DNA of 64,000 nt, taken from Microgenomates group bacterium Gr01-1014_16 (GTDB taxonomy: Bacteria > Patescibacteriota > Microgenomatia > CAZETR01 > Amesbacteraceae). The position numbers and the translations under genes were made by a program. Of this stretch, positions 19,431 through 31,649 are shown piece after piece (the stretch's first letter is position 1; every line of letters begins with the position of its first letter). Location of the stretch: contig VMGA01000001.1 in the NCBI GenBank assembly GCA_007376345.1, forward strand, positions 61,747-125,746, read 5' to 3'. The notes below the pieces were generated by a model, which did not search any database, was not told the DNA's origin, and saw nothing but the letters and a program-made list of their open reading frames with translations.

Positions 19431-20212
19431 AAAAGGAGTGGCAAGTTCCAGAATATGAAAAAATTGAGTTTAAAAAAAAGACATGCAAGTATTGCCTGGT
19501 TATTCCGGTTATTAATGAAGGAAATAAATTTATAAATCAGCTAAAAAAACTTAAACCGTATGCTAAACTAGCAGACATTATTGTGGCCGACGGCGGAAGC
19601 ACAGATGGATCGACTGACCTTGGGGAGCTTAAGAGACTGGGAGTGACAACTCTTTTAGTTAAGACCGGACCCGGGAGGCTAGGAGCCCAGTACCGAATGG
19701 CGTATGCCTGGGCACTTAAACGAGGATATCAAGGTGTTGTACAAATGGATGGAAATGGTAAGGATTCGCCTGAATCAATTCGAAGATTTATAAATCTTTT
19801 GGATCAGGGTTTTGATTACATACAAGGATCCAGGTATGCAAAGGGAGGTTGGGCAATCAATACACCGCTGGAGCGAGAAATGGCAAACAGATACTTGTTT
19901 ACCCCAATTCTATGTATGGCTGCAGGTAAGATATATACTGATACCAGTAATGGGCACCGGGCATACAGCAGAAAATTGCTACTAGACCCCGGTTTGAAAC
20001 TGTTTAGAGATGTCTTTAGCAATTATGAGATTTTGTTTTATGTGACAGCCAGAGCGAACAGGTTGGGGCTTAGAAGCACAGAGATTCCAGTGACTCGCAG
20101 TTACCCCCCTGCGGGTGAGACACCGACGAAGATAGTAGGGTGGAAAAAGAAATTTGACGTACTGGGGATGGCTATAAAAGCGGCAATTGGTTACTATAAT
20201 CCCAGGGATTGA
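19427..20212 (+). CDS. GT2-family glycosyltransferase (DPM1/polyprenyl-phosphate-sugar-synthase-like, soluble form).
   Basis: CLVIPVINEGNKFINQL...IIVADGGSTDGSTD...GVVQMDGNG. The start is the ATG at 19427, which overlaps the upstream stop in an ATGA. The track ORF begins at a TTG. Confidence 0.6.
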   Translation: MKKEWQVPEYEKIEFKKKTCKYCLVIPVINEGNKFINQLKKLKPYAKLADIIVADGGSTDGSTDLGELKRLGVTTLLVKTGPGRLGAQYRMAYAWALKRGYQGVVQMDGNGKDSPESIRRFINLLDQGFDYIQGSRYAKGGWAINTPLEREMANRYLFTPILCMAAGKIYTDTSNGHRAYSRKLLLDPGLKLFRDVFSNYEILFYVTARANRLGLRSTEIPVTRSYPPAGETPTKIVGWKKKFDVLGMAIKAAIGYYNPRD

Positions 20213-21189
20213 CTCCTCATGTTGTGCAACTCGATGGGCCTGCCATCGATGGTGCCATCTTGACTGGGGGGCATATAGACCACGTCTCTGCCGTCGTTTC
20301 TCAATCGGGAATATAACGCAATTAACCTGTTCGGATCTATAGGATGGGTGGTGGATGAATAAATGGGTCGAAGAGAGATGATGGTGTCATCAGGAGAAAA
20401 GGTACGGTTTAGCTCTTCCGGGTCAATCACTGAACCTGCGTGTAACACAAATGATAAAGACATTTTTCTGCCCGTGATACCATGCAGGTTTTTGGCTGCT
20501 CGGGCAATTTCTTCCAGAGGTAAAAGACGGGTGACTCCGGTATGCTGGACACGAAGTGCGTGGTTTGTACTATGAACAGATACTTGAAAATTGGCTGTGT
20601 GGTTAGGGTTTGCCACATTTGCTTTTACTGCTCCCAATCTAAAAGCTTCTAAAACGTTGTAAAGGGTATCTGCAGCAATAGTAGACCAACGGCAAGAATC
20701 ACAGCCAGGAATTTGGGCGACAGTGGCTATTAATTCTGCTATGTGTGGGCTGTAACTCGGGTCTCCCGCAAGAAGTGCTCCCGCCGAAAATGACTCCTCG
20801 GGAGTCAAAATATCCTGCTCTACTCCGATTTTGTGAGCCTCCTTTAAGGCTGATTGAAGTTCTGGGGGAGTAATTGGCCTGGCTAATGTGAGCTTCCGAT
20901 TAGTTTCTAGTTCATAGAGCTTGGCCATGATTGTCCGACCAAACGGGCAATCAAGACAATCTGCGGGGCAGACTCCATTTAAAGTGACCCCGAACAGGAG
21001 TTTGTGTTCGCCCCGCTTAATTCTTGTCCTGCCATGAACAAAGTCTGAAAAATGCTCTGGGGATGGATTGAAAACGTCGTTTCCGTAGGAATGTTCCCAT
21101 TCTGCTTGAAAGGTACCTCCGTTCAAGGGAAAAAGCATCTCCATATCTCCGTTCGTTTGTCTAACCAGGTTTTCTGCTTCCTTGAGCAT
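20194..21189 (-). CDS. Radical-SAM-like protein of unknown function.
   Basis: Contains a canonical CX3CX2C cluster (VTLNGVCPADCLDCPFGRT). 331 aa. No other recognisable family motif. Confidence 0.5.
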   Translation of the reverse strand: MLKEAENLVRQTNGDMEMLFPLNGGTFQAEWEHSYGNDVFNPSPEHFSDFVHGRTRIKRGEHKLLFGVTLNGVCPADCLDCPFGRTIMAKLYELETNRKLTLARPITPPELQSALKEAHKIGVEQDILTPEESFSAGALLAGDPSYSPHIAELIATVAQIPGCDSCRWSTIAADTLYNVLEAFRLGAVKANVANPNHTANFQVSVHSTNHALRVQHTGVTRLLPLEEIARAAKNLHGITGRKMSLSFVLHAGSVIDPEELNRTFSPDDTIISLRPIYSSTTHPIDPNRLIALYSRLRNDGRDVVYMPPSQDGTIDGRPIELHNMRSQSLGL

Positions 21190-21228
21190 AGATTAACTTA
21201 CTATTCTAACACTAAAAGCAATTCGGCT

Positions 21229-21237
21229 GTAATATAA
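21229..21237 (+). promoter_or_regulatory. Putative -10 box (TAATATAAT) 4 nt upstream of the start codon at 21242; leaderless-type promoter.
   Basis: ctgtaatataatgaaATG. No clear -35. The same tight -10-to-ATG spacing is seen at 341..349 and upstream of 34184. Confidence 0.3.
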
Positions 21238-21241
21238 TGAA

Positions 21242-22783
21242 ATGTCGATGAAGCTGGCAAAGTTATTTTTGGGTGTTGTTTTAGTTTATGGAATCGTCTG
21301 GCGAAGTTTACCCGGGGTGGATAAGCTTTTTTATTGGAGGGATGATTGGGTTTTTTTATGGTCAAACAAAAATAACCCTCCGATTTTATACAATGAAATT
21401 GGGGGCCCGGCGTGGTGGATTAAGAGCGGATTATTTCATCCGGCTTACGCTCGGATGTTTGGGAAAATTCCGGTTGAAACTCTTCAGTTTTCAGGAGTAG
21501 TCATTAAAACCATTAACAGCTTTGTTGTTGGGTTATTGGTTTATTCACTAGTACGTAAGAAATTACCAGCATTTTTGGCTATGCTTTTATTTGCCAGCTA
21601 CGGCGGGGCGGCGGAGGCGTACACATGGCACAGGATAACCGGAGTAGCGATGGGCTTTGCCACGCTGGCATTTGCTTTTCACAACTTTTTCTTGTCCAGT
21701 ACTAAAAAAATCTATTTGGTGGGCGTGCTGGCGGCATCAGTTGTCGCTCTATTTAGTTACTTTGGCAGAGTAGTGGGTATTTTTCCTTTATTTATTTTTT
21801 CCACGTCCTTGACTATGTACGAGAGATTTAAAAAGGAATATCTGGTTTATAGCTTATTTCTGATACTTTTGTTTTTGGGATTATTCGCTTTTACTAGAAC
21901 TAGCATTAATGCCGCTTCTGGGTCCGTCGTGGCCGAGACAATACTTAGTGAAATTAGTGATTATAAAAATATTAAAGTCTACTTCTCAAATTTGGGAAAT
22001 TTAGCTCAAAGTTCATTTGTAAAATTACCAGAATTGGGGGGACTGATCGGCTCAATCTCCCCTCTTAGTTTATTTATTGGATGTGGACTGTTCGCTCTCT
22101 GGATAATCTCTATTTTGGTTTTTGCGATAACCAGATCCAAATTTTTCAAATTAGTTGCTATTTGCTTGGCTTGGTTGTTTTTAACTTATTTTCCCAATTG
22201 GATGTATGCCGGTGGTGGACCGGGCACGATGATAGGTTCAGCGCATAGATATTTTGCAGTGTCCGCTATTTTTTTTCCTCTGATCGCGGGTATTGTTTTC
22301 TCAAGGATTTCCAAAACTTCCCAAATAGTTTTGTTTATTATCCTGCTAGCTTTATCTCTTAACTACTCGAGGTATCTTTTGGACAAAGAAAAATACTTAC
22401 GTGATTCTGGTAAGGTCCTCAAAGTTTATCGGGAAATCGTGAGGGAAACCGAAACCGACCCTCTGCCAAGATTAATAGTAATCGATACCCAGCTGGATTA
22501 CTTGGCTACTGGATGGTTTCCTTACGCTTATGGATACTATAAAGGGATACGAGAGCGAGAAAATTTTCCGCCGGTTTTTGCCAACTTGGACGCGGCGATA
22601 AAGTGGTTATGCGCACCCTCCCTTGAAGACAGAGAGGCGCTGGGGTCGATGTATGGCGTGCCTAGTTATCAAAAAGACAGACCAGTGCTCGCGGAAAACA
22701 TCTACGCGTGGAGGTTTTCTAAAGAAGGAGAGCTTAGCAATTTGACCAGCTCTCTTAGAGACCACTTAAAACAATGCAACTAG
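21242..22783 (+). CDS. Polytopic integral membrane protein, 513 aa. Candidate GT-C-type enzyme or polymerase/ligase-like protein.
   Basis: Highly hydrophobic, with many F/L/I-rich helices. The C-terminal roughly 130 aa are hydrophilic. Confidence 0.45.
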   Translation: MSMKLAKLFLGVVLVYGIVWRSLPGVDKLFYWRDDWVFLWSNKNNPPILYNEIGGPAWWIKSGLFHPAYARMFGKIPVETLQFSGVVIKTINSFVVGLLVYSLVRKKLPAFLAMLLFASYGGAAEAYTWHRITGVAMGFATLAFAFHNFFLSSTKKIYLVGVLAASVVALFSYFGRVVGIFPLFIFSTSLTMYERFKKEYLVYSLFLILLFLGLFAFTRTSINAASGSVVAETILSEISDYKNIKVYFSNLGNLAQSSFVKLPELGGLIGSISPLSLFIGCGLFALWIISILVFAITRSKFFKLVAICLAWLFLTYFPNWMYAGGGPGTMIGSAHRYFAVSAIFFPLIAGIVFSRISKTSQIVLFIILLALSLNYSRYLLDKEKYLRDSGKVLKVYREIVRETETDPLPRLIVIDTQLDYLATGWFPYAYGYYKGIRERENFPPVFANLDAAIKWLCAPSLEDREALGSMYGVPSYQKDRPVLAENIYAWRFSKEGELSNLTSSLRDHLKQCN

Positions 22784-23364
22784 CAGATATAACAACACAA
22801 TATAGAGGAAAACTAATCATTGGCTCCTACAAAAAGTGGTTAAAGCCGGGAGAATCGGTGTTGGATGTTGGATGTGGAAACGGAGTAATTTCGGATATTT
22901 TGCGGTGGCATTTTAACTTAAGCTTAGTTGGGTGTGATATTGCTAGTTACTTAACTCGAAATATCCAATTTGTCAAAATGACTAATGAAACACGTCTCCC
23001 TTTTAAAGCAAAACAATTTGATGTGGTCATGTTTAACGACGCGCTGCATCACACTGAATTTAGTTACCAGGAACAACTTTTGGAGGAGGGGTTGAGGGTG
23101 GGTAGACAAATTTTAATTTTTGAACTGATACCAACCAGGATAACGAAGTTGTTTGACTGGGCAATAAATATGTTTCACTACTGGAAAATGCAGATTCCAT
23201 TCACTTACCGGACCGAAGCACAATGGGAAGAAGTTTTTAAGCGACTTGGGCTTAAATACACCCGAGTTGAAGTGTCTCGACCTTGGTTATATCCTTTCTC
23301 GCACCAAGTTTACTGCTTAAATAAATTTAACTTTTCGAGCGGCAAAAAGAACCATTCGAAGTAA
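22774..23364 (+). CDS. Class I SAM-dependent methyltransferase.
   Basis: VLDVGCGNGVISDIL is motif I, and DVVMFNDALHH is a post-I motif. Confidence 0.65.
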   Translation: MQLADITTQYRGKLIIGSYKKWLKPGESVLDVGCGNGVISDILRWHFNLSLVGCDIASYLTRNIQFVKMTNETRLPFKAKQFDVVMFNDALHHTEFSYQEQLLEEGLRVGRQILIFELIPTRITKLFDWAINMFHYWKMQIPFTYRTEAQWEEVFKRLGLKYTRVEVSRPWLYPFSHQVYCLNKFNFSSGKKNHSK

Positions 23365-24693
23365 TAATAGCCCGTGTTCGAAGCGGCTAATGTTTGTTTT
23401 GCCATACGACCGTTGCCTATATCGAATTGGAATTTCTAAAATCTTAAGGTTAAGTTTAGCAGCGCCAAAAATCAGGTCAAAATCGCCAAAGGGATCAAAG
23501 TCTCCAAAATGCTTTCTATTCGCAATGATTTTTTGATAATTACTTTTAACAATAACCTTGGTACCGCAGAGAGTATCTTTAATACGTTGACCTAAAAGAA
23601 AAGTAAATAGCAGACTAAAAACTTTATTACCTATTACGTTGAGAGTCCTCATTGCTAGTTTTTCCATGGGGTAAATAAGCCTTGAGCCCATGACCAGATC
23701 TCCTTTTCCCGAGGCACAGGTAGAGTAAAACTTGGGTAGTTCCTGCGGAGGTACGGTTAAATCGGCATCTAATATCATAAGCATTTCTCCTCGAGCTTTA
23801 GAAAATCCCAATCTGACCGCGTCTCCTTTTCCATTGCCTTTTTGTTTAAAGACTCTGGCAGACATAGGCCCCTTATATCTTTTTATTTCTTTGAGAATTG
23901 ACTTGTAAGTATCGTCGTTAGAATGGCCTTCTATAAAAATTACTTCCTGCTTTTTTACCAGGCGAGGAATTTTGTCCAGGACCCCGACGATATTACCTGA
24001 CTCGTTTCGGGCGGGGATGACTATTGATACAGAATAATTATTTGAATTTGAAGGAAACGGTCTATAAATGGAGTAGTTTATTAAACCAAGCGAATTGAAA
24101 AACGGTAAGACGGACACAAACTTGTTGAAAAAACCGGAAATATATTTAATTTGATAAGGAAAGATAAACCTTCGACCAGACTTGAGTAATTCGTACGATT
24201 CAAGATGGAATATATTATCGGTATCGTTTGAGTCCAGCCAATTGGGTTGAGAAGTATTTGGCGCCATTAAATTTAACTTCTGGGCTAAATCGAGAAAGGG
24301 TTTCCATAAATAATTGAAATACAACACAATTATCCGAGTGTCTTTGTGAATAAGAGGTTTAAGACCCGAAACAAATTTTTGAACGTCCGTGGTATAGGTG
24401 AGAACATGGGAAATGATAATGTAGTCGAATTTTTGTCTGAGTTTATGCAGTGCCTTATGCTCATTAATAAATTTTATTTTAGGGTAGGTATCCCTAGCAG
24501 CTTTGATAAACGTATCTGAGTACTCAACGCCTGTCTTTTTTTTATTAGGAAGCCTGGATAACGTTTCACCACATTTTGAGCCAAACTCAATTACCGAAGC
24601 ACTTTCCGGAACCAAATGAAGGAGGATTTCTTGAACATAATGATGATAATAGTAATTTAGTTTATAATATTTAAGCCAGTTATTTAATTCCAT
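23317..24693 (-). CDS. Bifunctional protein: an N-terminal class I methyltransferase domain fused to a C-terminal GT2 glycosyltransferase domain.
   Basis: N-terminal stretch: VIEFGSKCGETLSRLP...DYIIISHVLTY. C-terminal stretch: VSIVIPARNESGNIVGVLDKIP...LMILDADLTVPPQEL. The start is taken at the internal Met (MELNNW), which avoids a divergent overlap with the gene at 24709. Confidence 0.6.
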   Translation of the reverse strand: MELNNWLKYYKLNYYYHHYVQEILLHLVPESASVIEFGSKCGETLSRLPNKKKTGVEYSDTFIKAARDTYPKIKFINEHKALHKLRQKFDYIIISHVLTYTTDVQKFVSGLKPLIHKDTRIIVLYFNYLWKPFLDLAQKLNLMAPNTSQPNWLDSNDTDNIFHLESYELLKSGRRFIFPYQIKYISGFFNKFVSVLPFFNSLGLINYSIYRPFPSNSNNYSVSIVIPARNESGNIVGVLDKIPRLVKKQEVIFIEGHSNDDTYKSILKEIKRYKGPMSARVFKQKGNGKGDAVRLGFSKARGEMLMILDADLTVPPQELPKFYSTCASGKGDLVMGSRLIYPMEKLAMRTLNVIGNKVFSLLFTFLLGQRIKDTLCGTKVIVKSNYQKIIANRKHFGDFDPFGDFDLIFGAAKLNLKILEIPIRYRQRSYGKTNISRFEHGLLLLRMVLFAARKVKFI

Positions 24694-24708
24694 AAACGAG
24701 AGGATTAT

Positions 24709-27601
<2,893 letters not shown>

Positions 27602-27618
<17 letters not shown>

Positions 27619-28690
27619 ATATATTTTCTATTAACTTTAGACTAAGGTGAGTTGATTTATCCCAAGTAAATTCCTTAGACCAGGACTTGGCGCTGGTGGA
27701 AATTTGCCGGTATAAAGACTGGTCCCTTATTAATTTGGTAATAGTCTGGGACAGGCAAATTATATCGCCTTTGGGGCAAAGAAAGCCGGTAATTTGGTGT
27801 TTTATGGAGTCGCGGCAGCCGGGGACGTCGTAGGCAACAACCGGGGTACCTACAGAATTGGCTTCGATGTTGACCAAGCCCCAGCCTTCCCTGACGGAGG
27901 GATTAAGCATGACGTGGGCTCTGGCTAACAGTTCAAATTTCTTATGCTCGTCAACAAATCCCCAGAACTTAACGTTTTGGGGAATTTGGAGACTACTTAG
28001 ATATTTATCTTCGCCCTTACCGACCACCCAAAATTGCCATTGGGGACGGATGGCAACTAACGCGTCTTCGATGCCCTTATCTTTGGCAATGGCGCCTAAA
28101 AAAATAACGGTAGGCTTTTTTTCCTTGGGAAAGTTGGCCGGAAGAGAAATTACTCCGTTTGGGATAATATGAATGTGGGAAGGGGGAATTGACCAATCGA
28201 CCAGGTCGTTTTTGGTAGATTGAGAGACGGTGAAGAAGGGGATACGACGATAAAATAACTTGAAAATGAAAGGTTCGAGAAAAAAGCCGATGGCGCCGAA
28301 TAAATAATTGACGGGGAAGCGCAAATGATTTATCCACCAAACTTCTTTGGCCACCTCATGGATAAAAGCCAATTTTTTGGTTCTGACAAAAAGAGGGGTA
28401 AAAAAGGGGATTCCATGGAACTGATCAACGACCAGATCAAACTTGGGATGGGGAGAAAAAAGATACCAGAGAACCGCTTCAAGCTGGACCTGCAGTATTT
28501 GAAATCCTCTTCGAATTATGTGAATTTGGTCAATAATTTCCTCTGGAGGAAGACTTGGAGTGCCTGATGTGAACCAAAAAACCTGGTGGCCGGCATTTGC
28601 CCAGGCTTTGAGATGCTCAAGGGTAACTATTTCGGCCCCGCCGGCGTTGGGATGGCGGGGACCACGCCAGGAAAGCATGAGGATATTCAT
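27602..28690 (-). CDS. GT4-family glycosyltransferase.
   Basis: MNILMLSWRGPRHPNAGGAEIV...REGWGLVNIEANSVGTPVVAYDVPGCRDSI. Confidence 0.75.
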
Positions 28691-29799
28691 AACTTATTAA
28701 TTATGTTTGCGAATTCCCGATAACTTTTGTCCCAGCTAAATGAAAGCGCGCGAATATAGGCAAGTTTGCTAAGTTTGTCGCGAAGAGTAGAATTTTTGAT
28801 TAAACTTGTCATCGCTTCGGCAATTTCTTCAGGGGGCGGGTTGGGAGAGATGACGATACCGGTTTGGTTATTGACTACTGAATCCACAAGGCCGCTGACA
28901 CCGGCCACAATGGCTGGAGTTGCGCAGGCCGCGCATTCGGTGACCGTCATCCCCCAGCCTTCTTTAACCGAGGGAAAAATCAGAGCCCAGGCCTGCTGCA
29001 TAAGTTTGACCTTGGCATCTTTGGGATTTTTGGTGAAAAACCAGGTGTTTTTATCGGCGAAAATAACAGTTGATTGGAGGCGCAAATCATCACGAAGTTT
29101 TTCCAAACGCGGTCTATCGTAACCGGTACCGACTATGACTAGCCTGGCGTCGGGATATGCCCGGTTAACGATGGCCATAGCCTGAATGGCCAAGTCGGTG
29201 CGTTTCATTCTAACCAGCCGGTTAACGCAGATAAAAAGGGGAGTGGAAGATTTTTTACCCGGAAAATAGCGATTATGGTCTACTCCCAGAGAAAATGTTT
29301 GAATATTGGCTGTGGGAACGCCCAGCGAAACAAGATCGTTTTTCGTACTTTTGGCATAACACAAAAAGGGAGTGCGGTGATAGGTGAGATATTGAAGCTT
29401 TTCAAAAAGAATTCCCAGACGGGAAATAAGCATTGGATACTCGTAAAAAAAGACGTCTTGGGCCACCTGATTGAGATAGGCTACCTTTTTTGACCTCAAT
29501 GCCCATATCGGGGTTTGCCAATAAATAGTATTGGAGATATCGATAACTAAATCGGACTGGTGAGACAAAGACCAATAATAATGCACGGCAAAAAAATACA
29601 TGGTGAAGAGATTGCCGCGCCTAATTACGTTGATACCGTCTATTATTTCTGAAGGTAAGCCGTTTTTGAAACTACGGCAAAACCAGGTAACTTGGTGGCC
29701 ATCAGCAACCAGGCGTTTGGCCAACTCGTAGACGATGATCTCCGCCCCGCCGACCTGGGGATGCAAGATGTCTTTCCAGTTGAGAATGAGGATGTTCAT
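28687..29799 (-). CDS. GT4-family glycosyltransferase, a tandem paralog of the preceding gene.
   Basis: MNILILNWKDILHPQVGGAEII...KEGWGMTVTECAACATPAIVAGVSGLVDSV. Confidence 0.75.
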   Translation of the reverse strand: MNILILNWKDILHPQVGGAEIIVYELAKRLVADGHQVTWFCRSFKNGLPSEIIDGINVIRRGNLFTMYFFAVHYYWSLSHQSDLVIDISNTIYWQTPIWALRSKKVAYLNQVAQDVFFYEYPMLISRLGILFEKLQYLTYHRTPFLCYAKSTKNDLVSLGVPTANIQTFSLGVDHNRYFPGKKSSTPLFICVNRLVRMKRTDLAIQAMAIVNRAYPDARLVIVGTGYDRPRLEKLRDDLRLQSTVIFADKNTWFFTKNPKDAKVKLMQQAWALIFPSVKEGWGMTVTECAACATPAIVAGVSGLVDSVVNNQTGIVISPNPPPEEIAEAMTSLIKNSTLRDKLSKLAYIRALSFSWDKSYREFANIINKL

Positions 29800-29801
29800 A
29801 C

Positions 29802-30806
29802 TTATTTGATGTTATTTGTAATGACGGCGTATCCATAACCCAGAAGAAATAACCAGCACGCGATCGGGTGCAGGAACCAGGCAATGTCCCGGATTTTGAT
29901 GTAGCCGGCTAGAGACTCCGACAAGGGCCGCACAATGGTCACGGTATAAACAATAAATTTGATCAGGTTAAACACGTCACTTTCCGATCTGGAGTTGAAA
30001 ACCAGATATCTCCTGTGTTTAGAAAGTTTTTGATGGTGGAGAGACATATATTCCACTCGCTTTTTAATGTTGTTAATAATAGTTGACCCCGTGTCATGAA
30101 CCACTGGGACATCGACGACTGCGTGCAGGTCATGACCGTCGGTCAATGCGTCATATAAAATGTCTGTGTGGAAAAAGGATTCGATGGGAATATTGCGGTA
30201 TTTAATGAATTTTTTTCTAATAATTGCTCCATTGCTCCCAAGCGTGGGAAAATCAGCGGCAGTGAAATGAACAACTGTGTAACCCGGTTGTTGCGATACT
30301 ATTTGCCAGGGTCTGGTCCAATTGTTGTCTGTCCATTTGAGCCTGTCGGTCTTTTTTAAATAGTAAGAGACGGGATCGTGTCCTCCAAATAACGCTACGT
30401 ATCTGTTGAAGGGGGTTTGAGTGGATAAGTATTGATAATGCAACGTGAAGGAGCTTACTATGCTAGGATTTTCCAACAAGGGCTTGACCATGCGAGACAT
30501 CCAATCGGGACTAAGAAGATAGTTGTCTGAATCAAGAACGCAGATAAAGCCAAACTTGGCTCGTTGATAACCAATTATTCGTCTACCTTCCATGTTGTCT
30601 TTAAACCCTGCATGGATGACCCGGAGGTTGAGTTTTTTTAAATAGGATTTGATAATTCGAATGGACTCGTCTGTGCTGCCGCCATCAAGAATCAGCACAT
30701 CTAATCGAGACCGAGGATAATCCTGAAGGACTAATCCGTCCAAACATTTGGCGATAGTCCGTTCGGAGTTGTAAATTGGTATAATTACAGTGATTCCCGG
30801 AGTCAT
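29802..30806 (-). CDS. GT2-family glycosyltransferase.
   Basis: ITVIIPIYNSERTIAKCLDGL...DVLILDGGSTDES...VLDSDN. Confidence 0.7.
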   Translation of the reverse strand: MTPGITVIIPIYNSERTIAKCLDGLVLQDYPRSRLDVLILDGGSTDESIRIIKSYLKKLNLRVIHAGFKDNMEGRRIIGYQRAKFGFICVLDSDNYLLSPDWMSRMVKPLLENPSIVSSFTLHYQYLSTQTPFNRYVALFGGHDPVSYYLKKTDRLKWTDNNWTRPWQIVSQQPGYTVVHFTAADFPTLGSNGAIIRKKFIKYRNIPIESFFHTDILYDALTDGHDLHAVVDVPVVHDTGSTIINNIKKRVEYMSLHHQKLSKHRRYLVFNSRSESDVFNLIKFIVYTVTIVRPLSESLAGYIKIRDIAWFLHPIACWLFLLGYGYAVITNNIK

Positions 30807-30808
30807 AT

Positions 30809-31621
30809 TTAAAAATATTTGGGTTGCCAGAACTCCAAATCCGGATTTCGCCGCCAGTTATCACTATTAGAATCGTCGTAATAGTGTTTAATTTTTAGAC
30901 GATAAAAAACTGCCAGTGTATCCTTGAACGCAAGTAAAATTGCTCTGACGAGCCCTTTCGAAATAACGGCACTGGTTTCTTTTTTGGCACTAAGCTCAAG
31001 TTCGACTGGAGCCTCGTATATTTTTTTGAACCCCAAATAGTGGGCGACTGCCAATAATTCAACATCAAATGCCCAGTCTTTCACAAGGACTCTAGGTAAA
31101 ATCGACTTTATTACATCCCTCTTAAATAGTTTTATTCCAACTTGGGTATCGGTGACATTAATATTGAGGAGCAACTTAATTACTATTTGGCTGATTCTTG
31201 ATAAAACCTTACGGACAATAGGATAAACCACTTTAGAAGCCGGATGTCTTTTGGAACCAACAACTATGTCTGCGCTATACCAAATAAAGTGTTGGTATAA
31301 CATTGGCAGACTGTCTGGGTTTATCCCGTTGGCATCGATAAAACCGATAATATTGCCTTTGGCTCTGGCCATGCCAAACCGCACGGCGTGGCCTTTGCCG
31401 CGATTGATTTGATACGACAAAACATGAATATTGGGGGAGGAAACTTTTTTGGCTTTTTCGTATGTCTTATCCATCACGCCGTCAACGACGCAGATTATTT
31501 CGTAGGAAAGACCCATATTTTTTAGGACTTTGTCTAGTTTAAGCAAAGTACCTGAAATGGTTTTTTCTTCTTTGTAGGCCGGTACTACCAGGGTTAAGTA
31601 TGGAGTTGGGGGCGGAGTCAT
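30809..31621 (-). CDS. GT2-family glycosyltransferase.
   Basis: LTLVVPAYKEEKTISGTLLKL...IICVVDGVMDKT...GFIDANG. Confidence 0.7.
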   Translation of the reverse strand: MTPPPTPYLTLVVPAYKEEKTISGTLLKLDKVLKNMGLSYEIICVVDGVMDKTYEKAKKVSSPNIHVLSYQINRGKGHAVRFGMARAKGNIIGFIDANGINPDSLPMLYQHFIWYSADIVVGSKRHPASKVVYPIVRKVLSRISQIVIKLLLNINVTDTQVGIKLFKRDVIKSILPRVLVKDWAFDVELLAVAHYLGFKKIYEAPVELELSAKKETSAVISKGLVRAILLAFKDTLAVFYRLKIKHYYDDSNSDNWRRNPDLEFWQPKYF

Positions 31622-31649
31622 TTGGATGGAAGTATATCAAATGTAGGTG

